From the NCBI GenBank assembly GCA_017609285.1, contig JAFCEE010000002.1, forward strand, positions 8,152-72,151: a stretch of DNA of 64,000 nt. Reading direction: 5' to 3'. Below the pieces are notes generated by a model. The model saw only the letters and a program-made list of their open reading frames with translations, was not told the origin of the DNA and did no database searches. The position numbers were made by a program, and so were the translations under genes. The DNA comes from Candidatus Pacearchaeota archaeon (lineage in GTDB: Archaea > Nanobdellota > Nanobdellia > Pacearchaeales > GW2011-AR1). Of the stretch, positions 45,867 to 55,344 are shown one piece after another (within the stretch, counting starts at the first letter, position 1; each line of letters begins with the position of its first letter).

Positions 45867-45903
45867 GTCTTAGAAAAGAGCTGCTCGATTTATATATCTA
45901 TCA

Positions 45904-46425
45904 TTAACTAACAAATCCCTTAAATTTTTTTGACATATTTGCTGTTTTTCTTACCCCCGATCTTGCGTAATATTCTATAGCTAGGTAACAAAGCCTGGGA
46001 TTTTCTTTTCCTAATGGAAGTAATAAGGCATAAGGTCCTATCCAAGGAATTGCAGAGAGTATAGCAGTTCCTAATCCATAAATTTTTTCTACATTCTTTT
46101 TTTTATTTTTTCTTATTTCTCGTAGGGTCCAAAAAAACCTTCCTGGAGATGTGAAAAAACTTCCAATTGGTGGTGGAAGAAAAGCAAATGGAATTCCTGC
46201 TGTTAAAACAATTCCAAAATTCTTTAAAACATAGCGAGTGGTTTCATTATCAAGATCTTCATACATTTTGCTTGCTTGAGAATAATTTATTTTGCCTTTT
46301 TCATATAATTCCTGTATTCTTTTTCTTATTTCTGAAAAATAATCATCTTCTTGAAGAGATAACTCTAAATCGCTTTCTTTTGTTCTTGAATTTCCCTCTT
46401 TATTTAACTCATAAGAAATATTCAT
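45904..46425 (-). CDS. Hypothetical membrane protein
   Basis: 173 aa with a soluble N-terminal part and two or three hydrophobic segments. Confidence 0.45.
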   Translation of the reverse strand: MNISYELNKEGNSRTKESDLELSLQEDDYFSEIRKRIQELYEKGKINYSQASKMYEDLDNETTRYVLKNFGIVLTAGIPFAFLPPPIGSFFTSPGRFFWTLREIRKNKKKNVEKIYGLGTAILSAIPWIGPYALLLPLGKENPRLCYLAIEYYARSGVRKTANMSKKFKGFVS

Positions 46426-46426
46426 T

Positions 46427-47050
46427 CTAAATTAAGAATAAAGCATATCCCAATGCAATTATAGCAATTACTACAAGTATTGTGTAGAGAACTCGCGAGC
46501 CAAAGAAAATTCGTGAGCCATCAAGTTTTCCGATAGGGAGAAGGTTGAATGAAGAAAAATATACAGAAAGTCTTGCTAACTCAGACAAATTTAAAAGATA
46601 GGATAGAAAAGATAGGATAAAGCAAGAGAAAATTCCTGAAGCTGAAATTAAAGCAAGATGGAACTCTGTCATTTCTGTAAAGGAATAATAATCATGTCTT
46701 TTTACTGCTCTTGCTTCTGTGGGTTTTACTTCTGACTCTGTTACTGCAAACCACTTCACATAACCGAAAGTTAGAAAAGAGAGAATAAAAGGCAAGATTA
46801 TACCTATTGGAATTGGTTTTTTGAAATAGCTTCTTTCATACAACCCATAACGTTGGAATGTCCAAATTTTTGTTTCTTCTTTTGATTCAAGATAATAAGC
46901 TGTTGCTTTTTTTGCAGCTATATAAACTGTTAAGATTATCGAAAAAAAGATTAATGACTTAAGAAAAAGTTGCGGATTAATAAAAGAATTTGAAAATGAA
47001 AGGATAATTATTGCTAATATTATGCTGATAATCTCTTTGTAGGTTAGCAT
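46427..47050 (-). CDS. M50/site-2-protease-like membrane protein lacking the HExxH motif
   Basis: 207 aa. The distal motif 'FNLLPIGKLDGSRIF' (NxxPxxxLDG) is present. Where HExxH is expected the sequence reads 'YIAAKKATAYYLE'. Confidence 0.45.
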   Translation of the reverse strand: MLTYKEIISIILAIIILSFSNSFINPQLFLKSLIFFSIILTVYIAAKKATAYYLESKEETKIWTFQRYGLYERSYFKKPIPIGIILPFILSFLTFGYVKWFAVTESEVKPTEARAVKRHDYYSFTEMTEFHLALISASGIFSCFILSFLSYLLNLSELARLSVYFSSFNLLPIGKLDGSRIFFGSRVLYTILVVIAIIALGYALFLI

Positions 47051-47182
47051 ATTCTCTCAATAGAAAAAGATTTTTATAAACCTTGCTATCTCAGAACTAT
47101 AACTATAATCCTTATTTTGTTGCAATATAGAAAAATATATAAAGAGTAGCTTTTTAATTTTGTTAAGTGGAGGATTTATGAT

Positions 47183-47476
47183 ATGTTAAGAATTAAAAAA
47201 ATTTCAGAGGTGTTAGGAAGGAATGCATATACTGATACTGGAGATTTTCTTGGGCAAGTTGAAGAAGTTAATTTAGCTGAGAACAAAGTAGATGGCTGGC
47301 GTATAAGGATTTCAGGAAATATGGCTCATCTAATAGGAGGAGCTCGTGGGATAATAGTGCCGCATCAGTTTGTTAAGGCAATAGGAGACATCTTTATAAT
47401 AAACAAAGCCAGCTTGCCTATAAGAGAAGAAACTGAAGAAGAAGTTGAAGAAGTAAAAGAATTAGAAGTGGAATAA
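47183..47476 (+). CDS. PRC-barrel domain protein with acidic tail
   Basis: 97 aa. 'VLGRNAYTDTGDFLGQVEEVNLAENKVDGWRI...IIVPHQFVKAIGDIFII' and the tail 'EETEEEVEEVKELEVE'. Confidence 0.7.
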   Translation: MLRIKKISEVLGRNAYTDTGDFLGQVEEVNLAENKVDGWRIRISGNMAHLIGGARGIIVPHQFVKAIGDIFIINKASLPIREETEEEVEEVKELEVE

Positions 47477-47501
47477 ATTAATCTGAATTGAAAAAGGAAA
47501 A

Positions 47502-47999
47502 ATGACAATACTTTCACACCCATTCTTTACAGAACAAGTTCTTCCCTTCTTATTGGTTTTTACTTTAATTTTTGCTATACTTGATAAGACAAAAATATTG
47601 GGAGAAGGTAAAAGACAAATTAATGCTATAATCGGTCTTGTTGTTGCTTTGATGTTAATAGCTTTTCCTTTTCCAAGAAGCATAATTGTTAATTTAATGC
47701 CTCTTTTGGCGGTGTTAGCTGTTATTTTTTTAGTTTTCATTCTTTTATATACTTTTGCTTCAGGAGAATCTGAATTTAAAACTCCAAAAGGCTTGAAAAT
47801 AACTTTTGGCATTTTAATTGGTTTAGCTTTAATTATAGCTATTTTAGTCTTAACTGGATATTGGGACTTGGTTTTGAGAGCTGTTTTTGGGGGGGCTGGT
47901 TCAGAAATAGCTACTAATATCTTTTTTATTTTAATTATAATTGCTGCTATTGCTGTTGTTTTAGGAGCAGGCAAGGGTGGTGGAAGTTCTAAGAGTTAA
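47502..47999 (+). CDS. Membrane protein, paralogue 1 of 3
   Basis: 165 aa. N-terminal motif 'FFTEQVLPFLLVFTLIFAILDKTKILGEG', 4-5 TM segments, Gly-rich C-terminus. Confidence 0.6.
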   Translation: MTILSHPFFTEQVLPFLLVFTLIFAILDKTKILGEGKRQINAIIGLVVALMLIAFPFPRSIIVNLMPLLAVLAVIFLVFILLYTFASGESEFKTPKGLKITFGILIGLALIIAILVLTGYWDLVLRAVFGGAGSEIATNIFFILIIIAAIAVVLGAGKGGGSSKS

Positions 48000-48176
48000 T
48001 TGTGTTTATTACATATAAGGGCTATATAAAACTATTAAATTTTTCGTTAATTATCAGATTAAGAAAATTATTAAGGTATTTTTATATTAGAATGTTTGAT
48101 TATACGAATTTTAAAATAGACTTTTGTCAAAGTCAGAGATGGAAAGATATTTAAATAATCTTTTTCTTTTGTTAAT

Positions 48177-48680
48177 ATGTTAGGAATAATGTTACAAGGA
48201 GCTGGTTTAGGTTTTCAGAATTTGCTCAGTCAATTAGAGAATTTAGGTTTTTTTCAATATGTTTTGCCTTTTTTATTGATATTTGCAGTTGTTTATGCTA
48301 TTCTTACAAGACTAAAAGTTTTTGAGAATAATAAAGGAGCTGCTCTTATAGTTGCTTTAGCTATTGGTTTATTGTCATTACAATTAGATTTTGTTCCTGC
48401 TTTTTTCCAGAATATTTTTCCTAAATTTGGTATTGGTCTTGCTGTATTGCTTGTTGCTTTGATATTAGCTGGAGCTTTTATTGCAGATGAAGAGAAAACT
48501 TACAAATGGATATTTTTTGGTTTAGGGGCTTTAATTTTTCTTGTTGTCGCCATTACTTCATTATCAGATTGGCAATTTGTTGGGAGTTGGTGGTGGAACC
48601 AATATGGTGGTTTAATTATTACCTTAATTGTTGTTATTGCTGCTGTAATTGGAGTTATTATAGCAAGTAAAAAATCTTAA
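48177..48680 (+). CDS. Membrane protein, paralogue 2 of 3
   Basis: 167 aa with 'FFQYVLPFLLIFAVVYAILTRLKVFENNKG'. Confidence 0.6.
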   Translation: MLGIMLQGAGLGFQNLLSQLENLGFFQYVLPFLLIFAVVYAILTRLKVFENNKGAALIVALAIGLLSLQLDFVPAFFQNIFPKFGIGLAVLLVALILAGAFIADEEKTYKWIFFGLGALIFLVVAITSLSDWQFVGSWWWNQYGGLIITLIVVIAAVIGVIIASKKS

Positions 48681-48687
48681 AGAGAAA

Positions 48688-49152
48688 ATGGCAATTGATA
48701 TTTCAGGTTTAAGTTATTTTATGCCTATTTTTGGTTTTCTATTTGTTTTTGTTATTGTTTATGCTCTATTATCTAAAACAGAATTATTGGGAGATAATAA
48801 ATTCATTAATTTACTTATTAGTTTTATTATTGCTGTTATCTTTTCTACTTTGGGGAGTATGCAGGAGTATGTTCAGACAGTTACGCCATGGTTTGTTGTT
48901 TTAGTTATTGCTTTATTTTTTATACTCATTATTATTGGTTTGAGTCAACAAAAAATTAGCGAGGTAATGAAGCCAGGTTTTGTTTGGGTTTTTATTATTC
49001 TTCTTATACTTGTGTTTTTAATTTCAGCAATAAAAGTTTTTTCTATATGGCAGCCCATTAAAGAGTTTGTTACTATGGAAGGGAGTATTGCCGGAGCAAT
49101 AATCTTATTGATTATTGCTGCTATAACTGCTTGGGTTTTGACTAAAAGTTAG
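48688..49152 (+). CDS. Membrane protein, paralogue 3 of 3
   Basis: 154 aa with 'YFMPIFGFLFVFVIVYALLSKTELLGDNK'. Confidence 0.6.
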   Translation: MAIDISGLSYFMPIFGFLFVFVIVYALLSKTELLGDNKFINLLISFIIAVIFSTLGSMQEYVQTVTPWFVVLVIALFFILIIIGLSQQKISEVMKPGFVWVFIILLILVFLISAIKVFSIWQPIKEFVTMEGSIAGAIILLIIAAITAWVLTKS

Positions 49153-49166
49153 GATAATTTGTTTGT

Positions 49167-49967
49167 TTATCTTCTTAAATAGTGTTCTATTCCTGACTTC
49201 TTTTTACCTGTCTTTTTTACTTGTTTCTTTTTTGCTGTTGTTATTTTTGTTTTTGGTTTTTTAAAGCTAGGAAGAGCTTTAGAAAAAGATTCTTGCATTA
49301 AGAACATTTCTTTTTTTATATCTTGTAAGCTTTGTCCGTAACTGCCTATCTTTCCTATAATTGATGCTTGCAATTTGTCAATTATTTCTTCTATTTTTTT
49401 GAGTCTTTCATCTATGTTTTTAATTTTTCTTTCTGCTGTTGTTTTAAAATTAGAAAATAAACCTAATTCTTTTTTTAATTTGTTAAGCTTTTCATCTACT
49501 ATTTGTTCTGCTATGTCTGTTACTGTTTCTGTTTCCATTTGAGGTTGATAAGGTTGATATTCTGGGTAGTATGTTTGAGGAGTTGGATAAATATATTCGG
49601 GAGTTTCTTCTATAGTTTCTGCAGGGACTGGAGCAGGCTCTGTTGGTTGTGGTTGTATTGGAGCTGTTTCTGGAGGAGCTTGAGCTATTTCAGAAGCTTG
49701 TGGTTGGGGTGTTGTAGTCGGTGAAGGAAGAATAGATGGTTTCATCTCTTCTGCCTCTAAAGATTGGGTTTCAGGGGAGGTCATGGTTTGGGGAGGAGCC
49801 ATTCCTTGTTGTGTTTCATCTGGAGAAATAGCTGCTTTAATTTTTGCCTGCTCTAAAGCTTGTTGTATTTCAAGAGGTTTAACTCCTTGTTCTTTTAGTT
49901 GTTGACTTATCTGCTCGTCAGATAAACCTTTTTCTTTCATAGATTTTACTTGGTCTAGCAAAGGCAT
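49167..49967 (-). CDS. P/Q/T-rich linker + C-terminal coiled-coil protein (FlaC_arch-like segment, tentative)
   Basis: 266 aa. The N-terminal helical module is 'LSDEQISQQLKEQGVKPLEIQQALEQAK'. A roughly 90-aa P/Q/T/E-rich stretch follows. The coiled coil is 'ERKIKNIDERLKKIEEIIDKLQASI'. The tail is basic. Confidence 0.5.
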   Translation of the reverse strand: MPLLDQVKSMKEKGLSDEQISQQLKEQGVKPLEIQQALEQAKIKAAISPDETQQGMAPPQTMTSPETQSLEAEEMKPSILPSPTTTPQPQASEIAQAPPETAPIQPQPTEPAPVPAETIEETPEYIYPTPQTYYPEYQPYQPQMETETVTDIAEQIVDEKLNKLKKELGLFSNFKTTAERKIKNIDERLKKIEEIIDKLQASIIGKIGSYGQSLQDIKKEMFLMQESFSKALPSFKKPKTKITTAKKKQVKKTGKKKSGIEHYLRR

Positions 49968-49968
49968 T

Positions 49969-50283
49969 TTATTTTTTTAGTGGCTCAAATATTTTAAATT
50001 GTCTTTCTAACATTTCTACCTCGCTTCTTCTGGCTCTTTTTTCTATTTCTTCTGTTAATCTAAGCAAAGTAGTTTTTATTTTTTTAATATCTTCTTGCAT
50101 CTCTTGTACATCTAACTTTAATTCTGTTACTTGTTTGTCTAGATTTTCTTTACTTTCAATTAAATTCTGTCCTATTAATAAAACTCTTTCTTTTAATAAT
50201 CTTTGTCTTTCTTCTATATCTCTGAGTTTGGTATTAAATTCTGTTAATAATGGAGTTACAAAATCCTGTTGTTCTTCTGGCAT
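49969..50283 (-). CDS. Small coiled-coil protein
   Basis: 104 aa with heptad-rich sequence. It lies 1 nt upstream of 49167..49967. Confidence 0.5.
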   Translation of the reverse strand: MPEEQQDFVTPLLTEFNTKLRDIEERQRLLKERVLLIGQNLIESKENLDKQVTELKLDVQEMQEDIKKIKTTLLRLTEEIEKRARRSEVEMLERQFKIFEPLKK

Positions 50284-50460
50284 TTTATTTCCTCTTTTCT
50301 TTAAGAATAAAGAAGATGATATTTAAAAATTCTTCTAAAGATGATTTTAAGAGAAATTCTTGCAGAAATTTCTTATAGACCAAGGTTTTAATTCTAAGAA
50401 AAATTTATATAAACCGTTGTTTTTCTTTTTTCAACTTTTGGGAAAAGGAAAAAGAGGAAA

Positions 50461-52758
50461 ATGATGTTCAAAAAAGGCACTGCCTTGTATGCTTATGAGG
50501 TTATGAGGGAAGTAGGAGAAGATGTTATGTATATTAATTATCTTGGAAGTCCTTTAATTCCAAGCTTATCCGATAATGCAGAAGTTATGGCTAGGACAAT
50601 AGATGCTTTAATAGAAAGTCCTAATGTATCGAGAATAGTTTTTGTTCAGCAAAGAAACTATAATTATGACTTTAGAGAAGTTTCTTTGTTGCTTGAAATA
50701 GCTCAATTATACACATATCTTGTAAAACAAGAGAAAATTTTAGGCCCTGAAAGATTAGTTATGCAGTGTCAGCAATGTTTGGGAAAAAGACATAATGATA
50801 TGACTTATTTTCTCATGTTGCTGAAACAAGACCCCATATCTGCTTATTTAGAGGCTAAAAGATTTCTGAGAGAAGAAAGAAATTTGTTAGAGAAAATTCC
50901 TGTTGAATGCAAGGTCTGCCAGATGAATTATATAAGGTTATTAGAGAAAATTTCAGCTTTAATGGAAAATCTAACTTTGATTAAAGAAGCAAGTCCTTTT
51001 TTAGATAGTCATAAAATAGGGGGCAGGGAGATATACCAACAGTTCTTTAGGCCTGACATTATTCCAAATTTTACTTTTACAAGATTAGTTGCCAGTCTTC
51101 CTGAGGACGCAGAGATTATTGATGAATATACCATAGGAAAAGGTTATGATAAATCTACTGTTACGATATTAAAGAAAAAAAATGAAGCAAAATATATCTA
51201 TCATTTAACTCCTCCTGAATATGTTTTAGATGAGGACTTTCATTTGTTATTGAATCTAGCAAGAAATGTTTTAATAGAGCATAGACCTAGACAAGAGGAA
51301 TTTACAGATATTGAAAGGACAAGACAGGTTTTTTTTAATGTATCAAGAGATTTATTACAGGAGTTGAGTGGGAATAAAAAAATTAGTCTGACTTATAATG
51401 AGTTGAATAAATTAGCAACAATATTGGTTAGGCATACAATTGGTTTTGGTTTATTAGAGGTTTTGTTGCAAGATTCTAAAATACAAGATATTGTTTTAAA
51501 TGCACCTATTGCCTTAAATCCTATTTTTGTAAGACATCAGAATTATGATGAATGTTTAACTAATATTTTACCAAGTCATGAAGATGCTGACTCCTGGGCT
51601 GCTAAATTGAGGATGTTATCAGGTAGGCCTTTAGATGAAGCAAACCCTATTTTAGATACTGACTTGTTGCTGGGAAAAATAAGGGCGAGAGTAGCTGTAA
51701 TACAACAACCTTTATCACCGAGGGGCTTGTCTTATGCTTTACGTAGACATAGAGAAGAGCCATGGACTCTTCCTTTATTTATCAAGAATAAGATGATAAA
51801 TAGCTTTACTGCTGGTTTGCTTTCCTTCTTAATTGACGGTTCTAGGACAATGTTGATAGCTGGAACTAGGAGTTCAGGTAAAACATCTATGTTAGGAGCT
51901 TTAATGTTAGAGATTATGTCTAAGTTAAGAATAATATGTTTAGAGGACACCCTTGAGCTTCCTGTTGAAAGTTTAAGAAAATTAGGTTATGATATTTTGA
52001 GAATGAAAGTCAGGTCAGCCTTATTACAAAAAACTACTGAGGTGGCGGCAGATGAAGGTATAAGAACTAGCTTAAGGTTTGGTGATTCTTGTTTGATAGT
52101 AGGCGAGGTTAGAAGTATAGAGGCAAAGGCTTTATATGAAGCTATGAGAGTAGGGGCTTTGGCTAATGTTGTTGCAGGTACAATACATGGAGCTTCCCCT
52201 TATGCCGTATTTGATAGAGTTGTTAATGATTTGGGAGTTCCTGTTACAAGTTTTAAGGCTACTGATGTTGTTTTAGTTTGTAATCCTGTTAAATCTCCGA
52301 GTGGATTACAATCATGGAAAAGAGTAGTCCAATTATCTGAAGTAAGGAAATACTGGACTAAAGATCCTCTTGAGGAGAAGGGTTTTGTCGATCTGCTTAA
52401 GTATAATGTTGATAAAGATGAGTTAGAAGCAAGTCAAGAATTAATTAATGGTGATAGTGAAGTTATAAAACAAGTAGCTTCTGGAGTGAAAGGATGGGCT
52501 GGGAATTGGGATGCTGTTTATGATAATATTCTCCTTAGAAGTAGAATAAAAGAGGAATTAGTTAAGGTGGCTGAAAAATTAAAACAACCAGAACTTTTGG
52601 AAGCTAAATTTAATTCTCTTGCCAACAACGCTTTTTATGAAATATCTGAGCAGGTAAGAGAAGAAATTGGTTTGCCTGTAAGCGAGAAAGTTTTTCCTTT
52701 ATGGCAGGAATGGTTGAAGAAGGAAGTAAAGAGAGTTAAAGAGAAAGGCGAGATTTAG
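50461..52758 (+). CDS. Type II/IV secretion-family ATPase (archaeal pilus assembly ATPase, FlaI/PilB-like) with long N-terminal extension
   Basis: 765 aa. Walker A is 'AGTRSSGKTS', the Walker B region is 'DSCLIVGEVRSIEA', and the His-box region is 'VAGTIHG'. About 330 aa precede the core. Confidence 0.85.
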   Translation: MMFKKGTALYAYEVMREVGEDVMYINYLGSPLIPSLSDNAEVMARTIDALIESPNVSRIVFVQQRNYNYDFREVSLLLEIAQLYTYLVKQEKILGPERLVMQCQQCLGKRHNDMTYFLMLLKQDPISAYLEAKRFLREERNLLEKIPVECKVCQMNYIRLLEKISALMENLTLIKEASPFLDSHKIGGREIYQQFFRPDIIPNFTFTRLVASLPEDAEIIDEYTIGKGYDKSTVTILKKKNEAKYIYHLTPPEYVLDEDFHLLLNLARNVLIEHRPRQEEFTDIERTRQVFFNVSRDLLQELSGNKKISLTYNELNKLATILVRHTIGFGLLEVLLQDSKIQDIVLNAPIALNPIFVRHQNYDECLTNILPSHEDADSWAAKLRMLSGRPLDEANPILDTDLLLGKIRARVAVIQQPLSPRGLSYALRRHREEPWTLPLFIKNKMINSFTAGLLSFLIDGSRTMLIAGTRSSGKTSMLGALMLEIMSKLRIICLEDTLELPVESLRKLGYDILRMKVRSALLQKTTEVAADEGIRTSLRFGDSCLIVGEVRSIEAKALYEAMRVGALANVVAGTIHGASPYAVFDRVVNDLGVPVTSFKATDVVLVCNPVKSPSGLQSWKRVVQLSEVRKYWTKDPLEEKGFVDLLKYNVDKDELEASQELINGDSEVIKQVASGVKGWAGNWDAVYDNILLRSRIKEELVKVAEKLKQPELLEAKFNSLANNAFYEISEQVREEIGLPVSEKVFPLWQEWLKKEVKRVKEKGEI

Positions 52759-52801
52759 TAAGGTTTATAAAGTTACTAAAGGTTACTTTTAGTAACCTAA
52801 T

Positions 52802-52975
52802 ATGCCTGACGCTGTAGTAAAAATAGATAAGGAACTGGTAAAGAAAATTGAAAACTTTATTAGGAGGAATAGGTTTCTTTATACAAGTAAGAAACAGGTA
52901 GTTAATTTAGCTATAATTGAATTTTTAAACTCACATACACTTAAACTTAAGAGTAAAGGTAAAAAAAAGAGGTAA
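52802..52975 (+). CDS. Unannotated 57-aa ribbon-helix-helix-like protein
   Basis: Not in the track. It encodes 'MPDAVVKIDKELVKKIENFIRRNRFLYTSKKQVVNLAIIEFLNSHTLKLKSKGKKKR'. The strand-helix-helix pattern fits an RHH. Its stop lies 1 nt before the platform gene ATG. Confidence 0.55.
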   Translation: MPDAVVKIDKELVKKIENFIRRNRFLYTSKKQVVNLAIIEFLNSHTLKLKSKGKKKR

Positions 52976-52976
52976 A

Positions 52977-55133
52977 ATGCCCAATATTGATGAAATTTTT
53001 AGGAAATACGGGAGAAAGTTAGAGCAAGAGATTAATACAGAAAGGTCAGACGTAGGTAAGTTTAGTAAAGAGTATCTACAATTTAAAAAAGATATGTTGC
53101 CAGAATTATCAAGATATGAAAGCTGGTGTCATACATTAGGGAATATTATCCGATTAAAAGTGGCAAGGAAAGACGAAGAAAAAATCCAAAAACAGTTAGA
53201 TATAGCTCATCTTGACGTAAGTCCAAGTCAAACAATAACCTTGGCTATAGTTTCTCTTTTACTGATTTTTTTTGTCGGTGTTTTAATTTCTCTTGCCTTA
53301 TTCATAATTTCTGGAGACTTTCCTTTTATATTTCTTTTTTTAATTTTAATAGCGAGTTTGTTTTTATTTTATTATTTTTATTCAATGCCAGCGAGATTAG
53401 CTAATAAGTGGCGTTTAAAAGCTTCTTCGCAAATGGTGCCTTGTATTTTGTATATTGTGGCTTATATGAAACACACCTCTAATTTGGAAAGAGCTATAGC
53501 TTTTGCTTCTCAACATCTTTCTCCTCCTTTGTCTTTAGATTTAAGAAAAGTTTTTTGGGATATAGAAACAGGAAAATTCACTAACATCAAAGATTCTTTA
53601 GATTCATATTTAGAGACATGGAGGGAAAGCAATATAGAGTTTATAGAAAGTTTTCATTTAATAGAAAGCAGTTTATATGAGCCTTCTGAAACAAGGAGAA
53701 TAGAGGTTTTGGAGAGAGCTTTACAAGTCATTCTTGATGGTGTATATGAAAAAATGTTAAAATATTCTAGAGAAGTTAGAAGTCCTTTAACTAACTTGTA
53801 TATGTTGGGCATAGTCTTACCTACTTTAGGTATTGCTTTACTACCTCTTGCTTCTACTTTGTTGGGAGGGGTTTTGCAGTGGTATCATGTTTTTATTTTG
53901 TTTAATTTAATTATACCTTTTTTTGTTTTTTATTTAACTAGTGAAGTGTTATTGAAGAGGCCTGGAGGTTATGGAGAAACAGAATTACTTGAGATGAATC
54001 CTAGGTATGCAAAATTTAAGAGCAAGAAGCCTTACCTTACTGCTTTTTTAATATGTGTGCCTTTTTTAATTATTGGCTTATTACCATTTATATTTCAGTA
54101 TACTGGCTTCCCTGAAATTATAGGTTTGGAAAAAGACTATAGCTTTTCACAATTTGGAATTAAATTTTTGCAGGATATGAAGCTTTTTGATTTTAAATCT
54201 GTTGAGGGAGGCGGAGTAGTCGGACCTTATGGATTATTTGCAGTTATATTAGGTTTATTTATTCCTTTTTCAATAGCTTTATTTTTTTCAATAGCTTATA
54301 ACAAAAAAACAAAAGAGTTGATTAAAACAAGAGAGGAGAGTAAAAAATTAGAGAGTGAATTTACTAATAGTTTGTTTCAGTTAGGAAATAGATTAGGAGA
54401 CGGTACTCCTGCTGAAATTGCTTTCGCTCATATTGCTGAATCAACAAGAGGACAGGTTACAGAAGGTTTTTTTAGAACTGTAAATACTAATATACAACAA
54501 CTTGGAATGTCTCTTGAAGAAGCTATTTTTAATAAAAGGAGAGGAGCCATTATTTATTATCCTTCTGCTTTGATTTCTACAAGTATGAAAATCTTGGTAG
54601 AATCTGTAAAAAAAGGTTTACAAGTTGCAGCAAGAGCATTAATGAGCATTTCTGAATATATTAAGAATATATACAAGATTAATGAGAGAATGCGTGATTT
54701 GTTAGCTGAAGTTGTTAGTGATATGAAGAGTAATATGACTTTTCTTGCTCCTCTGTTAGCTGGAATTGTAGTAGGTTTGGCTAGCATGATTACTATTATA
54801 CTAAATAAATTACAAGTTATGTTTGAGATGCAAGGAGAATTTGAAGTTACTGGTTTAGGAAATGTTTCTGGTATACTTGAAATTTTTGATTTAACTGCTA
54901 TGATATCACCATATTTTTTACAAGTTGCGATTGGAATTTATATTATTGAGATTATTTTTATTCTTTCTAATACATTAGTAACAGTAGATGCAGGAGAGGA
55001 CAAGTTAAGGGTTGTATATGAAACAGGAAAAAATTTGAAGAGAGGAATAATACTTTATTTAATTGTAAGTTTTATAGCTATACTTTCTCTTGCTTTGTTA
55101 GCGAGTATAGCTTTAGGAGGATTAAGTGTTTAG
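52977..55133 (+). CDS. Polytopic platform protein, FlaJ/TadC/PilC (T2SSF)-like
   Basis: 718 aa. Clusters of TM helices are separated by two helical cytoplasmic domains. Its position is directly after the ATPase. Confidence 0.65.
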   Translation: MPNIDEIFRKYGRKLEQEINTERSDVGKFSKEYLQFKKDMLPELSRYESWCHTLGNIIRLKVARKDEEKIQKQLDIAHLDVSPSQTITLAIVSLLLIFFVGVLISLALFIISGDFPFIFLFLILIASLFLFYYFYSMPARLANKWRLKASSQMVPCILYIVAYMKHTSNLERAIAFASQHLSPPLSLDLRKVFWDIETGKFTNIKDSLDSYLETWRESNIEFIESFHLIESSLYEPSETRRIEVLERALQVILDGVYEKMLKYSREVRSPLTNLYMLGIVLPTLGIALLPLASTLLGGVLQWYHVFILFNLIIPFFVFYLTSEVLLKRPGGYGETELLEMNPRYAKFKSKKPYLTAFLICVPFLIIGLLPFIFQYTGFPEIIGLEKDYSFSQFGIKFLQDMKLFDFKSVEGGGVVGPYGLFAVILGLFIPFSIALFFSIAYNKKTKELIKTREESKKLESEFTNSLFQLGNRLGDGTPAEIAFAHIAESTRGQVTEGFFRTVNTNIQQLGMSLEEAIFNKRRGAIIYYPSALISTSMKILVESVKKGLQVAARALMSISEYIKNIYKINERMRDLLAEVVSDMKSNMTFLAPLLAGIVVGLASMITIILNKLQVMFEMQGEFEVTGLGNVSGILEIFDLTAMISPYFLQVAIGIYIIEIIFILSNTLVTVDAGEDKLRVVYETGKNLKRGIILYLIVSFIAILSLALLASIALGGLSV

Positions 55134-55167
55134 TTAAATTTATATTTATAGAAGGATTGTGAAAAAT

Positions 55168-55344
55168 ATGAAAAGAGGAAAAAGAGAGAAGGGTAAGAGT
55201 GGCGCTATAGAATTAGAAATGTTAGCTTGGTGGATTATAGCTTTGATTATTCTTGTTTTGATTATTATTGCTTATTTTATTTTGTCAGAAAAAGGAGCTG
55301 GCATAATTGAACATATGAAGAATTTGTTTAGGTTTAGAAGATGA
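55168..55344 (+). CDS. Class III signal-peptide (pilin-like) mini-protein
   Basis: 'MKRGKREKGKSG/AIELEMLAWWIIALIILVLIII'. The ATG is at 55168; the track start is a GTG at 55159. Confidence 0.55.
   Translation: MKRGKREKGKSGAIELEMLAWWIIALIILVLIIIAYFILSEKGAGIIEHMKNLFRFRR

Noticed and set aside
47462-47974. 170-aa minus-strand ORF
   Set aside because: It is fully antisense to membrane paralogue 1. Its K/I/A/P-rich low-complexity sequence is the mirror of a hydrophobic ORF. The + strand gene is supported by two adjacent paralogues.
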